Assembly: GCA_005222975.1 (NCBI GenBank)
Contig: NJBI01000044.1
Location: forward strand, 1 to 29,712
Origin: Promethearchaeota archaeon Loki_b31
GTDB lineage: Archaea > Asgardarchaeota > Lokiarchaeia > Sigyniarchaeales > SOKP01
Direction of reading: 5' to 3'
Length of the DNA: 29,712 nucleotides
Below, piece by piece: positions 17,825-26,525 of the stretch; within the stretch, counting starts at the first letter, position 1; the number at the start of each line of letters is the position of its first letter. The position numbers and the translations under genes are program-made. The notes beneath the pieces were generated by a model that saw only the letters and a program-made list of their open reading frames with translations, was not told the origin of the DNA and ran no database searches.

Positions 17825-19102
17825 ATGATTACACACTTCCTAAACCGAAATCGAATAACCTTACTTTCTTTTTTAGCATTATTTTTAATTTCGAATGTAA
17901 CCTTATATTCCATTTTTGTTAATTCTAATATGATGCCAACGTATTTAGATGTGGATAGAAAATCCAACGGGAATACATTAATATGTACTTTTAGTTTTGA
18001 GGAGGTTTTAAATTATCCAAATAGAATGGCAAACAAAATTCCCGTGGAACCTAATAGTACAGACCACAAAATTTTTGAAGTAGATCGAAATGGTAATAAA
18101 GTATGGGAAATGATTGGTTTAGCCCAACCTCATGAAATTGTAGAATTAGCTAATGGGCATTTGTTAATAGCTGATACAGGCTACGATAGGGTAATAGAAG
18201 TAGATTATCCAAATAAAAACATAGTATGGGAGTGGAAACCAGAACTAATAAATTGGACTAGAGTCAATCCAAATTGGAGCTCTAGCCACTATTATAACAA
18301 TCCTTTCGCTTTTGATTGGTCTCATTTAAATGATGTTGACTTTCAACATCGTGGTGCTTGGAACGCATGCTTAATTTCAATTCGTAATTTTGACATGATC
18401 GTTGAAGTTAATTATACTGCTGAAAAATTTGGACCATCCAACAACCCAGATAATATCATTTGGTATTATGGGGATTATGGCGATCATTCTTTATTACACA
18501 GACAACATAATCCCGATTATTTAAGCAACGGAAATATAATTATAGCAGATTCAGAAAATGATAGAATTATCGAGGTTAATTATACAACTAAAAATGTGGA
18601 ATGGATTTACCAAGGAAATTTAGAATGGCCAAGAGATGCAGATGAAATGCCAAATGGTAATCTTCTAATAACAGATTCGTTAGGTAGTAGAGTTATTCAG
18701 ATCAATAAAGAATCTAAAGAAATAGTATGGCAATACAAAGGAGATTTAATAAATCCTTACGAAGCAGATTTGCTAGAAAATGAAAATGTATTGATAGGTA
18801 ACGGGATAGGTGGCGTTGTTTACGAAATTAACCCGGATGGGGTAATTGTTTGGAGATATGGCCTGTCTTATTTAAAAAGCGTTGTGTATCTTAATTGTAT
18901 TATTTCAATATTAATGGGGGTATTATTCTTATTTTTTACTTATACCAAGATTAGAACTATAAATGCCGTACGAGGTAAAAATACTAAGAATTATGTCATT
19001 GTTGGAATTTTAATTGGTTTTATTACAATTTCAATAATAATCTTACTCACTTATACTTCAATTACAATATTAATTTTCAGAATATTGTTTAGCAGTAGAT
19101 AA
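17825..19102 (+). CDS. Membrane-anchored arylsulfotransferase (ASST)-like beta-propeller
   Basis: N-terminal TM; HLNDVD and QHNPD motifs; repeated 'NG..LIAD...RVIEV....VW' blades; WPRDAD; two C-terminal TMs; many NxS/T sequons. Confidence 0.75.
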   Translation: MITHFLNRNRITLLSFLALFLISNVTLYSIFVNSNMMPTYLDVDRKSNGNTLICTFSFEEVLNYPNRMANKIPVEPNSTDHKIFEVDRNGNKVWEMIGLAQPHEIVELANGHLLIADTGYDRVIEVDYPNKNIVWEWKPELINWTRVNPNWSSSHYYNNPFAFDWSHLNDVDFQHRGAWNACLISIRNFDMIVEVNYTAEKFGPSNNPDNIIWYYGDYGDHSLLHRQHNPDYLSNGNIIIADSENDRIIEVNYTTKNVEWIYQGNLEWPRDADEMPNGNLLITDSLGSRVIQINKESKEIVWQYKGDLINPYEADLLENENVLIGNGIGGVVYEINPDGVIVWRYGLSYLKSVVYLNCIISILMGVLFLFFTYTKIRTINAVRGKNTKNYVIVGILIGFITISIIILLTYTSITILIFRILFSSR

Positions 19103-19166
19103 TTATTATTTTGCTTCCAAAAAATTAAAACAAAATTTAATTATAGTGTCGTAATTAAAAATTAAT

Positions 19167-20717
19167 ATGAATCTAAGTAAGACTACTTATTTTCAAATCA
19201 TTTCACATTTAATTTTATTATTGTTTCAGCTTTTATTTTGGAATTTTATTATTGATGATGCATTTATTACATTTAGATACGCTAAAAATCTTTATTTTCA
19301 TCAACAAATGGTTTTCAACGTAGGTGAAATTCCAGTAGAAGGTTACTCTAATTTCTTATGGGTTTTATTGATGACTGTAAGCTTTCCTTTAAATATAGAC
19401 CCAATAGTTTTTTCTAAAATTTCTGGAATGATTTTTAGTCATTTGAGCGTCTTTATTCTTTACAAATTAGCTTTTTTACTTAATAAATCTGAGAAATTTA
19501 GCAATTTTGTTATCGTTTTTTACGTATTAACTCCTAATGTTGCTCTCTGGTCGGTCGGGGGGTTAGAAACCTCGTTGTTCTCCTTTCTATTATTAATCTC
19601 TGTATACTTTTTTATTATTGATATAAGCAAACGGAAAAATAATCCAATCAAAATCTCTCCGCTCTTTTTAGTTCTGTTAAGCTTAACTCGCCACGAAGGG
19701 TTAATAGTTTTTGGGTTAACTTGTGCATTTTTTATGTACCTACTATTTAAAAATAAGGAGATCTCCAAGATACAAAAATTATATCAATTACTTTATTTTA
19801 CTGTTTTTTTTGTGATTTTTTACGCTCCATATTTCTTCTGGAGAGTTTTTTACTATAATAATATTTTACCTCATACTTTTTCAGCTAAACAAGGTATTCT
19901 TAGTCTCGATTTGTTCTTAGGACGCTTAGTTTTTTACATCCCTTTAATCCTATTACTTGCACCGGTTTTTCTCTTAATTGGTGGTAATTTTCTTAAAAAC
20001 TCAAAATTCCGGTTTAAAAACGAGAAAAAATTATATTTAGTATTATTAATTCTAATTTTATCTATTCTATTATTGTTAATAACAAGTTGGATGCCAGGAT
20101 TTCGATTTGCTGTCCCTATAATATCTCTAATTTATCTTTTATTACCAAAATCGCTTAATTTTTTAACAATTTTAGGTAGAAATTATAGAAATGATGTTTA
20201 TCTATGGAAGAACATTAAGATATTTACAATCTTAGCGATTTGCGTATCTAATATTTCACTTGTAATTTCTTTTTATCCATTCGTTAATGAATATGGAATC
20301 GGGTTAAGAGATTGCAACATTACATTAGGGAAATGGATTAACGAGAATACATCAAACAACGCTTCTCTTGCTGTATGGGATGTGGGCGCATTAGCTTTTT
20401 ATTCTAATATACGCACGATAGACATTTACCCATATAGTTTACAAGATTTGCATGTCTATAATAACCCCGTGGATGCTGATTACATATTAGAACAAAATAT
20501 TACATTTCTTATTTTAAACGACGATTATTTTGATTATATTAAAGTAGATAGTCGGTTTCTAAGTAATTATCGCTTAATATTCTACGCTCAACTATATTAT
20601 GCCGATATTCTCTATAATTTGGATTATATTTACCAAGTTTATTTACTCAACGATTATTACATCCCCGAATCTGCAATTAACGCACTAATTAATTCTTCTC
20701 ATAGATTTTATATATAA
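19167..20717 (+). CDS. GT-C fold polytopic glycosyltransferase (GT39/ArnT/arabinofuranosyltransferase-like)
   Basis: IDDAFITFRYAKNL, VEGYSNFLW, GGLET, TRHEG, WRVFYY..ILPHT; extracellular C-terminal domain with DVGAL. Confidence 0.75.
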   Translation: MNLSKTTYFQIISHLILLLFQLLFWNFIIDDAFITFRYAKNLYFHQQMVFNVGEIPVEGYSNFLWVLLMTVSFPLNIDPIVFSKISGMIFSHLSVFILYKLAFLLNKSEKFSNFVIVFYVLTPNVALWSVGGLETSLFSFLLLISVYFFIIDISKRKNNPIKISPLFLVLLSLTRHEGLIVFGLTCAFFMYLLFKNKEISKIQKLYQLLYFTVFFVIFYAPYFFWRVFYYNNILPHTFSAKQGILSLDLFLGRLVFYIPLILLLAPVFLLIGGNFLKNSKFRFKNEKKLYLVLLILILSILLLLITSWMPGFRFAVPIISLIYLLLPKSLNFLTILGRNYRNDVYLWKNIKIFTILAICVSNISLVISFYPFVNEYGIGLRDCNITLGKWINENTSNNASLAVWDVGALAFYSNIRTIDIYPYSLQDLHVYNNPVDADYILEQNITFLILNDDYFDYIKVDSRFLSNYRLIFYAQLYYADILYNLDYIYQVYLLNDYYIPESAINALINSSHRFYI

Positions 20718-20744
20718 ATGATTAATAATTTTCTAAAATATGAG
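20622..20744 (+). repeat. 123 bp direct repeat, left copy (GT-C 3' end, spacer, ATGAG)
   Basis: Matches 21408-21530 with 4 mismatches by manual alignment. Confidence 0.92.
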
Positions 20745-20852
20745 TTTACTATCTATAAAGAAAAAGAAGAAAAATAATAACTTTAAATATCGATAAAAAT
20801 ATATAAAATTATAAAATCCTCTCTATAATTTTACATAAAAGTGAATTATTAA

Positions 20853-21104
20853 ATGGCAAAAGAATTTCAAGGCTCATGGTGTATTTTTATTATTTTATTA
20901 TGTTTTGGAATACTTCCTGCAATTATTTATTATGCCCTGATGTATAAAGAAGTAACTCCAATACAACAACAACAGCAACAAGTAGTTATAGTTCAACAAC
21001 CTGCAGCACCACAACCTACTGTACAACAAAAAATTTTTTGCTCTGAATGTGGTGCAGAAGTACACGGGAAATTTTGTGATAAGTGTGGTACTGAAATCAA
21101 ATAA
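20853..21104 (+). CDS. Small membrane protein with poly-Q/Pro linker and C-terminal zinc ribbon
   Basis: N-terminal hydrophobic hairpin, QQQQQQVVIVQQP, FCSECG...FCDKCG. Confidence 0.8.
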   Translation: MAKEFQGSWCIFIILLCFGILPAIIYYALMYKEVTPIQQQQQQVVIVQQPAAPQPTVQQKIFCSECGAEVHGKFCDKCGTEIK

Positions 21105-21215
21105 TTTTTTTATAATTTTAATTTAATTAATAAAAAGCTAAAAATTTTTTTTTCTTCTTTTTTGAAACTTAAAACAGGGGTTAAAATATTTAAAGCTCAT
21201 ATCCAATTATTAATT

Positions 21216-21503
21216 ATGAGTCAATTTGTTGAGCTAAAAGATGTATTATTCGAGGCTAAAGAGCAAAACGAGTTAATTATTATTAGTATTGGAGAAATTG
21301 ATTTTGCTGGGTTTATTACAAAAATAAAAGATAACCTTATTGTAATCAAATCTGAGTATAGGGAGATATATAATAAAGAAAAAGAAAAACAGCTTGGTAT
21401 AACCTATGATTATATTTACCAAGTTTATTTACTCAACGATTATTACATCCCCGAATCAGCAATTAACGCACTTATTAATTCTTCTCATAGATTTTATATA
21501 TAA
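21216..21503 (+). pseudogene. Chimeric ORF: small beta-rich (Sm/LSm-like?) gene truncated at ~21407 and fused in frame to the duplicated GT-C C-terminus
   Basis: MSQFVELKDVL...GFITKIKDNLIVI, then DYIYQVYLLNDYYIPESAINALINSSHRFYI identical to the GT-C tail. Confidence 0.6.
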
Positions 21504-21530
21504 ATGATTATTGATTTTCTAAAATATGAG
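21408..21530 (+). repeat. 123 bp direct repeat, right copy (ends in the sulfatase start ATGAG)
   Basis: Matches 20622-20744. Confidence 0.92.
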
Positions 21531-22968
21531 AATTTTCTTAGTAATTTTTGATACTTTGAGAAAAGATCACACAGGACGGACTTATGGAAACGCTTGGATA
21601 AAAACTCCGAATTTTGACTCGTTTGCGAAGGATTGCATTGTATTTGATAAGGCATATCCTGAATCGCTAGCGACTATTCCGGTTCGTAGAGCGATACACA
21701 CGGGCATTAGAACGTTTCCATTTAATCATAAACGGCCAGAATTACGCACAGACGATATCGTTCATTTAAATGGTTGGGATCCTATACCACCACATCATAG
21801 ACATTTATCCGAATATTTAAACAGCGAGGCTTATCTAACGTCTTTTATCACGAGTACTTATCATCAATTTAAACCAAACATGAATTTTCATTTAGGTTAT
21901 GACCAATGGAATTGGATAAGGGGTCATGAAGACGATAAATATAGAACTAGAGTAAGGAACGGCAAAGCCGAAATGAAACGATTACTTAAATTGCATATCG
22001 TAAAAAAAAACGCTGTAATAAAATTACTGCAAAAAAGAGTATTAAAAGCGCATTTCTCTAACATTCAAGAGCGTAAGTCAGAAGAGGATTACTTCCCAGC
22101 TAAAACATTTAAAAAAGCAATTGAATTCGTTAAAGACACCTTAGGTTTTAAAAGAGTTTTTTGTCTTATTGATGAGTTCGATCCTCACGAACCGTGGGAC
22201 CCTCCACAAAAATATCTCGATTTGTATTTAGAAAAAGGTTATTCAGGAAAAAGAATTATAACCCCTGCTTATATGGAAAGTGTTGATTATCTTTCTAAAG
22301 AAGAATTAAAATTTATGAGGGCTAGTTACGCGGGAGAGGTTTCTCTATGTGATAATTGGTTCGGTTATTTCGTTAACGAGTTAAAGGAATTAGAAATTTA
22401 CGACGATTCTTTGATAATTTTTATTAGCGATCATGGACACAGTATAGGCGAACATAATGCGACGGGAAAGCTTCCCATGTTTATGCATCCTGAATTAGTA
22501 GACCTTCCTTTTATGATTAAGCCACCAGGAGGAATTAATGGTCCAAAAAAAATTAAGAAACCTTATGTGTATAACTTCGACATATTACCAACCATTTTTG
22601 GGTTTTTAAATAAAGATAAGCCTAAAGAATTTGAAGGTATAGATTTATCGATTTTTGTTGATGAGGAAGATCAGAATTTAGATGATCGGAGTTATATCAC
22701 ATGTGGATTTGATGTGTGTACATTATACAAGGACGATAATTATGCGCTAATTACTTCTAATAACAGAAAGCATCAAAAATTATACGATTTGAGGAACGAT
22801 CCTGAATGGAATATAAACATTGCTAACGAAAATCCAGAATCATGCGATGATGCTTTTGAAAAAATAAAACTCGATGCTAAAGGCGATCTTCCACTTGTTA
22901 GTAGATTTGAATTCGAGAGTTTAAAAGATTGGTATCTTCAAAAAAGCACATTCTATGAAAAAGGTTAA
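21526..22968 (+). CDS. Sulfatase-like alkaline-phosphatase-superfamily enzyme with Thr at the nucleophile position
   Basis: IFDTLRKDH, TPNFD, AY...TIPVRRAIHTG, FDPHEPWDPP, SDHG, DILPT, LYDL..DP.W..NI. Confidence 0.85.
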   Translation: MRIFLVIFDTLRKDHTGRTYGNAWIKTPNFDSFAKDCIVFDKAYPESLATIPVRRAIHTGIRTFPFNHKRPELRTDDIVHLNGWDPIPPHHRHLSEYLNSEAYLTSFITSTYHQFKPNMNFHLGYDQWNWIRGHEDDKYRTRVRNGKAEMKRLLKLHIVKKNAVIKLLQKRVLKAHFSNIQERKSEEDYFPAKTFKKAIEFVKDTLGFKRVFCLIDEFDPHEPWDPPQKYLDLYLEKGYSGKRIITPAYMESVDYLSKEELKFMRASYAGEVSLCDNWFGYFVNELKELEIYDDSLIIFISDHGHSIGEHNATGKLPMFMHPELVDLPFMIKPPGGINGPKKIKKPYVYNFDILPTIFGFLNKDKPKEFEGIDLSIFVDEEDQNLDDRSYITCGFDVCTLYKDDNYALITSNNRKHQKLYDLRNDPEWNINIANENPESCDDAFEKIKLDAKGDLPLVSRFEFESLKDWYLQKSTFYEKG

Positions 22969-22995
22969 GTCTATCCTTTTATGTAAAGAATTTTC

Positions 22996-23520
22996 TTAAA
23001 TTGATTTTTTTAGAAAACTCTCGACTCTATCTAACCAATCGTTCGTTAAAGCGTTAAATAGTTCTTCTTGCTCGATTTGAAGTATATGCCCTGCGGTATC
23101 TAAAATAGCAAAAGTAGCTCTTGGATAGTTTTCAATAATTTCCCATGCATCTCGATATCCTACATTAGAATTTTGCCTCCCTAACAGAAATAAAGCAGGT
23201 TTATCGAACTTTTCATTTGAGAGATCCACATTAAAAGAAAATGCGTAATTTTCCCTAACTTTTTCTAAGAATATCATGATAATTTTAAGATAATCATCTG
23301 TATCTTTTATCCAATCCTCCCCCTTAGTTTTTCCCATTCCTGGTTGATCAAAATATATCCTTTTATAGTTTGGCCGAGTTTCAAAAATTGGTTCCATACA
23401 TCCTTTCATAATACGATGATCGACAGGCCATCCATGGATCGTTAATATTGGATACCCCTCACCAAAAATCTCATAATACACTGTTATATTTTCAAGTTTA
23501 CATTCCATAGGAATCAACAA
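22996..23520 (-). pseudogene. Alpha/beta hydrolase with an in-frame internal deletion removing the nucleophile elbow
   Basis: IHGW oxyanion motif, DQPGMG and C-terminal AGH present; no GxSxG; only 174 aa; GRQN where related hydrolases have GRQD. Confidence 0.7.
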
Positions 23521-23704
23521 ATCTAATTAAAAGAATTTCAATGATAATCCAATACGAATTTAATAATATTAAAATATTAACAATTTTTTTAAAGATTTTT
23601 TGTCTGGAGAGATTTGTAGAATATTGTCAAAAGCATCAAAATGATTCATTTTATTAAATTCGGGATGGATTAGATGTTAATTTCAATCAAAATTTAAAGT
23701 CAAT

Positions 23705-24469
23705 CTAATCTAAGGGTTGAAGGCAAAACAATTTTTCATTACCTAATATCAATAAATTAAATTTATCAATGAAATTTTTGCCGATTAACGCTTTAATTCC
23801 GAACAAATCAGCCAATTCAGTAAAAACAAAATCAAGATTATAAGAATGCCCATTATAACTGAATTTTGCGTTGTAAATAGATAATTCAATAATTTTGTTT
23901 GCAGTATAGACTTCAGTTCTTCTAACTGGTTTTAAATCGTGATCGCTCAATAAGCTCTTGTCTAATGCAATTATTGTTGCTCCAGTGTCTATTAGTCCAA
24001 AGATTTTTTTTGTGTTTTCATTTATTTCCATATAGATCTCTATTAGTGGATAGAAATTATTGCCAAATCTCGCTTGATTATAGCATTTAGTATTTTCCAC
24101 AGAAAATAGTGAAAATAAAGTTTCGAAAACGGGCATTTCCATTCCTTTTCGAATAATCCCCGAAGCGGCTTGCGGAAATTTGGAATATAGTTTTTCCATT
24201 ACTTCCTTTATAGAATCTCCTATTACAACTATTTCATTACGTGCTATTCCTAAGTATTTTCCATCAGGAATAAAATCTGGAATGTTTATCTTTTCTTTAT
24301 CTAATGGAGGATTTTCTTTAATATGATTATCAACAACTTTTTGAAAATTTATTTTTTCATCAATCGCTTCTCTTATAAACTCGCTAACACTTTTATATCC
24401 CTTTATTTCAACAACTTGCTCGATTTTTTTCTTTTTTTCCTCATCTACTTTAAAGTTAATTATCGTCAT
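23705..24469 (-). CDS. Fusion protein: ribbon-helix-helix (CopG-like), DUF5678-like domain and retropepsin-like aspartyl protease
   Basis: MTIINFKVDEE...YKSVSEFIREAI; GKYLGIARNEIVVIGDS; YPLI...GLIDTGAT...LIGKNFI. Confidence 0.75.
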   Translation of the reverse strand: MTIINFKVDEEKKKKIEQVVEIKGYKSVSEFIREAIDEKINFQKVVDNHIKENPPLDKEKINIPDFIPDGKYLGIARNEIVVIGDSIKEVMEKLYSKFPQAASGIIRKGMEMPVFETLFSLFSVENTKCYNQARFGNNFYPLIEIYMEINENTKKIFGLIDTGATIIALDKSLLSDHDLKPVRRTEVYTANKIIELSIYNAKFSYNGHSYNLDFVFTELADLFGIKALIGKNFIDKFNLLILGNEKLFCLQPLD

Positions 24470-24539
24470 AGTATTACCCTTTTATATAAAAAAAGTAAGA
24501 CAAATAATATATACTTTTTTATCTTAGATAATCTATCCT

Positions 24540-24660
24540 CTCTTTTCTCACGTACTTGTTCATAAAACGAAAGAGCATATTCAAGTGAGTCTTGAGCAAT
24601 ATAATCGATAATCTCATTCAAATCATTTTCTGCTTTTGATGACCATTCTATTTCAGCCAT
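24540..24660 (-). pseudogene. 5' fragment of a RelE/ParE-family toxin
   Basis: MAEIEWSSKAENDLNEIIDYIAQDS..YA..F is a typical ParE N-terminus; similarity ends after ~39 codons and runs into the upstream region of the RHH gene. Confidence 0.75.
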
Positions 24661-24847
24661 TTTTCCAATCTCTTTTTAGCATTTTCCATGACTTGTTCAT
24701 GAGGGACTACTTTACTTTGCTCAATTTCTTCAATGCCAGCGATAATTTTTTTTTAATATAAAGATGATACATAATGTCATCAATTGTAGCATTTTCTGGC
24801 AATTTTTTTATCAGTTCTATAATTTCTTCCTTAAGATTAGAAGTCAT
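24648..24847 (-). pseudogene. Cognate antitoxin of the RelE/ParE pair, frameshifted in an A9 run (24746-24754)
   Basis: One added A gives 66 aa: MTSNLKEEIIELIKKLPENATIDDIMYHLYIKKKIIAGIEEIEQSKVVPHEQVMENAKKRLEKWLK*, overlapping the toxin ATG; absent from the ORF track. Confidence 0.75.
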
Positions 24848-24956
24848 ATTATCTCACTATCTAAATAATTATTCCAACTTTTATATTTGCTTATCCAGCT
24901 TTTATATATAATATTAAGAATCTATAAAATTTAAAGCAAAATTATATAATTATATT

Positions 24957-25085
24957 TTAAGATGATTTTAAAACGGGTTTTAAAAATGAATTTGATTTGT
25001 TCTCTCTCTTTTCCATCCATGCGTCTTTATAATATCTCTTAGCACCCTCGATGCGGACTTTTCCTTCTTTAGTTGATGTGGTCAT
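24957..25085 (-). other. 42-aa ORF, probably a gene remnant
   Basis: MTTSTKEGKVRIEGAKRYYKDAWMEKRENKSNSFLKPVLKSS*; GC higher than the flanks. Confidence 0.3.
24966..24985. promoter_or_regulatory. Perfect 9-2-9 palindrome, candidate operator
   Basis: TTTTAAAAC-GG-GTTTTAAAA about 120 bp upstream of the antitoxin start. Confidence 0.3.
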
Positions 25086-25216
25086 AATTAAAGTATCTAT
25101 TTGTTTTTATAATTATTATTTGAGACCTTTATCTATTTTAATATTTCTTTCAATTTCGTTACCATCAACAATTATATAAAAATATTGAAATATCTTCTTA
25201 GATTTTAAAGAATGTA

Positions 25217-26473
25217 ATGATTGAAAAAGGATTTTTTACTAAACTTGATGAACAATTTTCGTTACAGATATCTACAGACAGCAACGAAGATTTTATTAAA
25301 ATTCTGGAGCTTAATGTTGCAGTTCACGGAGAAGAAATTAAGGAATACATTAAAAGAATATACAAAGAACATCCTAAAAAGAAAGATATACTATGGTTTT
25401 ATATCGAAGATAATAGTACGGGTCAAATAATATCTTCGCTAACTTTATTACCACTTAAATGGAAGTTTGAAGGAAAAATATTACCCGTTTGCGAGATGGG
25501 TTTTGTAGGTACTTTAAAAGAGTATCGTGGAAAGGGATTAATTGATAAATTGAATGAATTCTACGAACGAGTTATGATGGAGAGGGGCTATCTTTTATCC
25601 TGTCTCAGAGGAATTCCTTACTATTATAGACGATTTGGGTACGAATTTGTATTATCTTTAGACGAAAGATTTTCACTTTCGCCAAATCAAATTCCATCTA
25701 TGGAGTTAAGTCACATAGATATTAGGAAAGCTATGCGAAAAGATATAGATTATATCGAAAATCAATATAATTCAAATAGTAATAACTATTTAATCTCTAA
25801 CAGTTTTGATACAGAGAGTTTTTACTTCAAATTTATGAACGATTCCTTCGATGATAGCAAATTATCAGCATATATAGTCGAAGAAAACGGAAAGCCAGAA
25901 GGTTATTTCTTAATTGGCATGTCTTTCGACAATGAAGTTTATACGATCATTACTTCACAGTTATCCTCTCCTCAGATGATAAAACTCTTGCAACATCTAA
26001 ATGAAAACTCTAAAAATGAAAAGGATTTGATTCTGAATGTCGCCGAATTTTCTGAATTCGGGAAATATCTTTTCTCTATGGGAAAATTACAATCAAATTA
26101 TGGTTGGCAGATAAAAATACCTGATCTAAAACGGTTTTTTGAATCGATCAAGGTTGTACTTGAAAATAGAATAGAAAAATCAAAATTTAATAATTTATCC
26201 AAAACGGTAATAATCAGCAACTATAAGCAATCAATCGAGTTAATATTTACTAAAGGTAAAATTGAAGATATCAAGATCGAGAGTGGTTATCCTGATGCAG
26301 AGAAATGTGATGTCCGAATACCAGGAGCAATGTTATTAAAATTACTTCTTGGCGATAGAACTGTAGACGAAATAAATTATATTGTTAAAGATGCGAGAAT
26401 AAATCCCTCGTCAAAAAAATTAATTGAAATACTCTTTCCAAAAGTTAATTCGATTCCAGATACGTATTATTGA
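25217..26473 (+). CDS. GNAT N-acetyltransferase, Eis-like (two GNAT domains plus an SCP2-like C-terminus)
   Basis: EMGFVGTLKEYRGKGL (motif A), GIPYYYRRFGYE; 418 aa. Confidence 0.85.
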   Translation: MIEKGFFTKLDEQFSLQISTDSNEDFIKILELNVAVHGEEIKEYIKRIYKEHPKKKDILWFYIEDNSTGQIISSLTLLPLKWKFEGKILPVCEMGFVGTLKEYRGKGLIDKLNEFYERVMMERGYLLSCLRGIPYYYRRFGYEFVLSLDERFSLSPNQIPSMELSHIDIRKAMRKDIDYIENQYNSNSNNYLISNSFDTESFYFKFMNDSFDDSKLSAYIVEENGKPEGYFLIGMSFDNEVYTIITSQLSSPQMIKLLQHLNENSKNEKDLILNVAEFSEFGKYLFSMGKLQSNYGWQIKIPDLKRFFESIKVVLENRIEKSKFNNLSKTVIISNYKQSIELIFTKGKIEDIKIESGYPDAEKCDVRIPGAMLLKLLLGDRTVDEINYIVKDARINPSSKKLIEILFPKVNSIPDTYY

Positions 26474-26525
26474 GAATTTAAAAAATTAAGAAAAATAAGA
26501 AAAAAAAATAGTAATAATTTTACTT

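Noticed and set aside
23570-23680. Possible minus-strand gene remnant (HLIHPEFNKMNHFDAFDNILQISPDKKSLKKLLIF)
   Set aside because: Short and not assignable to any family by eye
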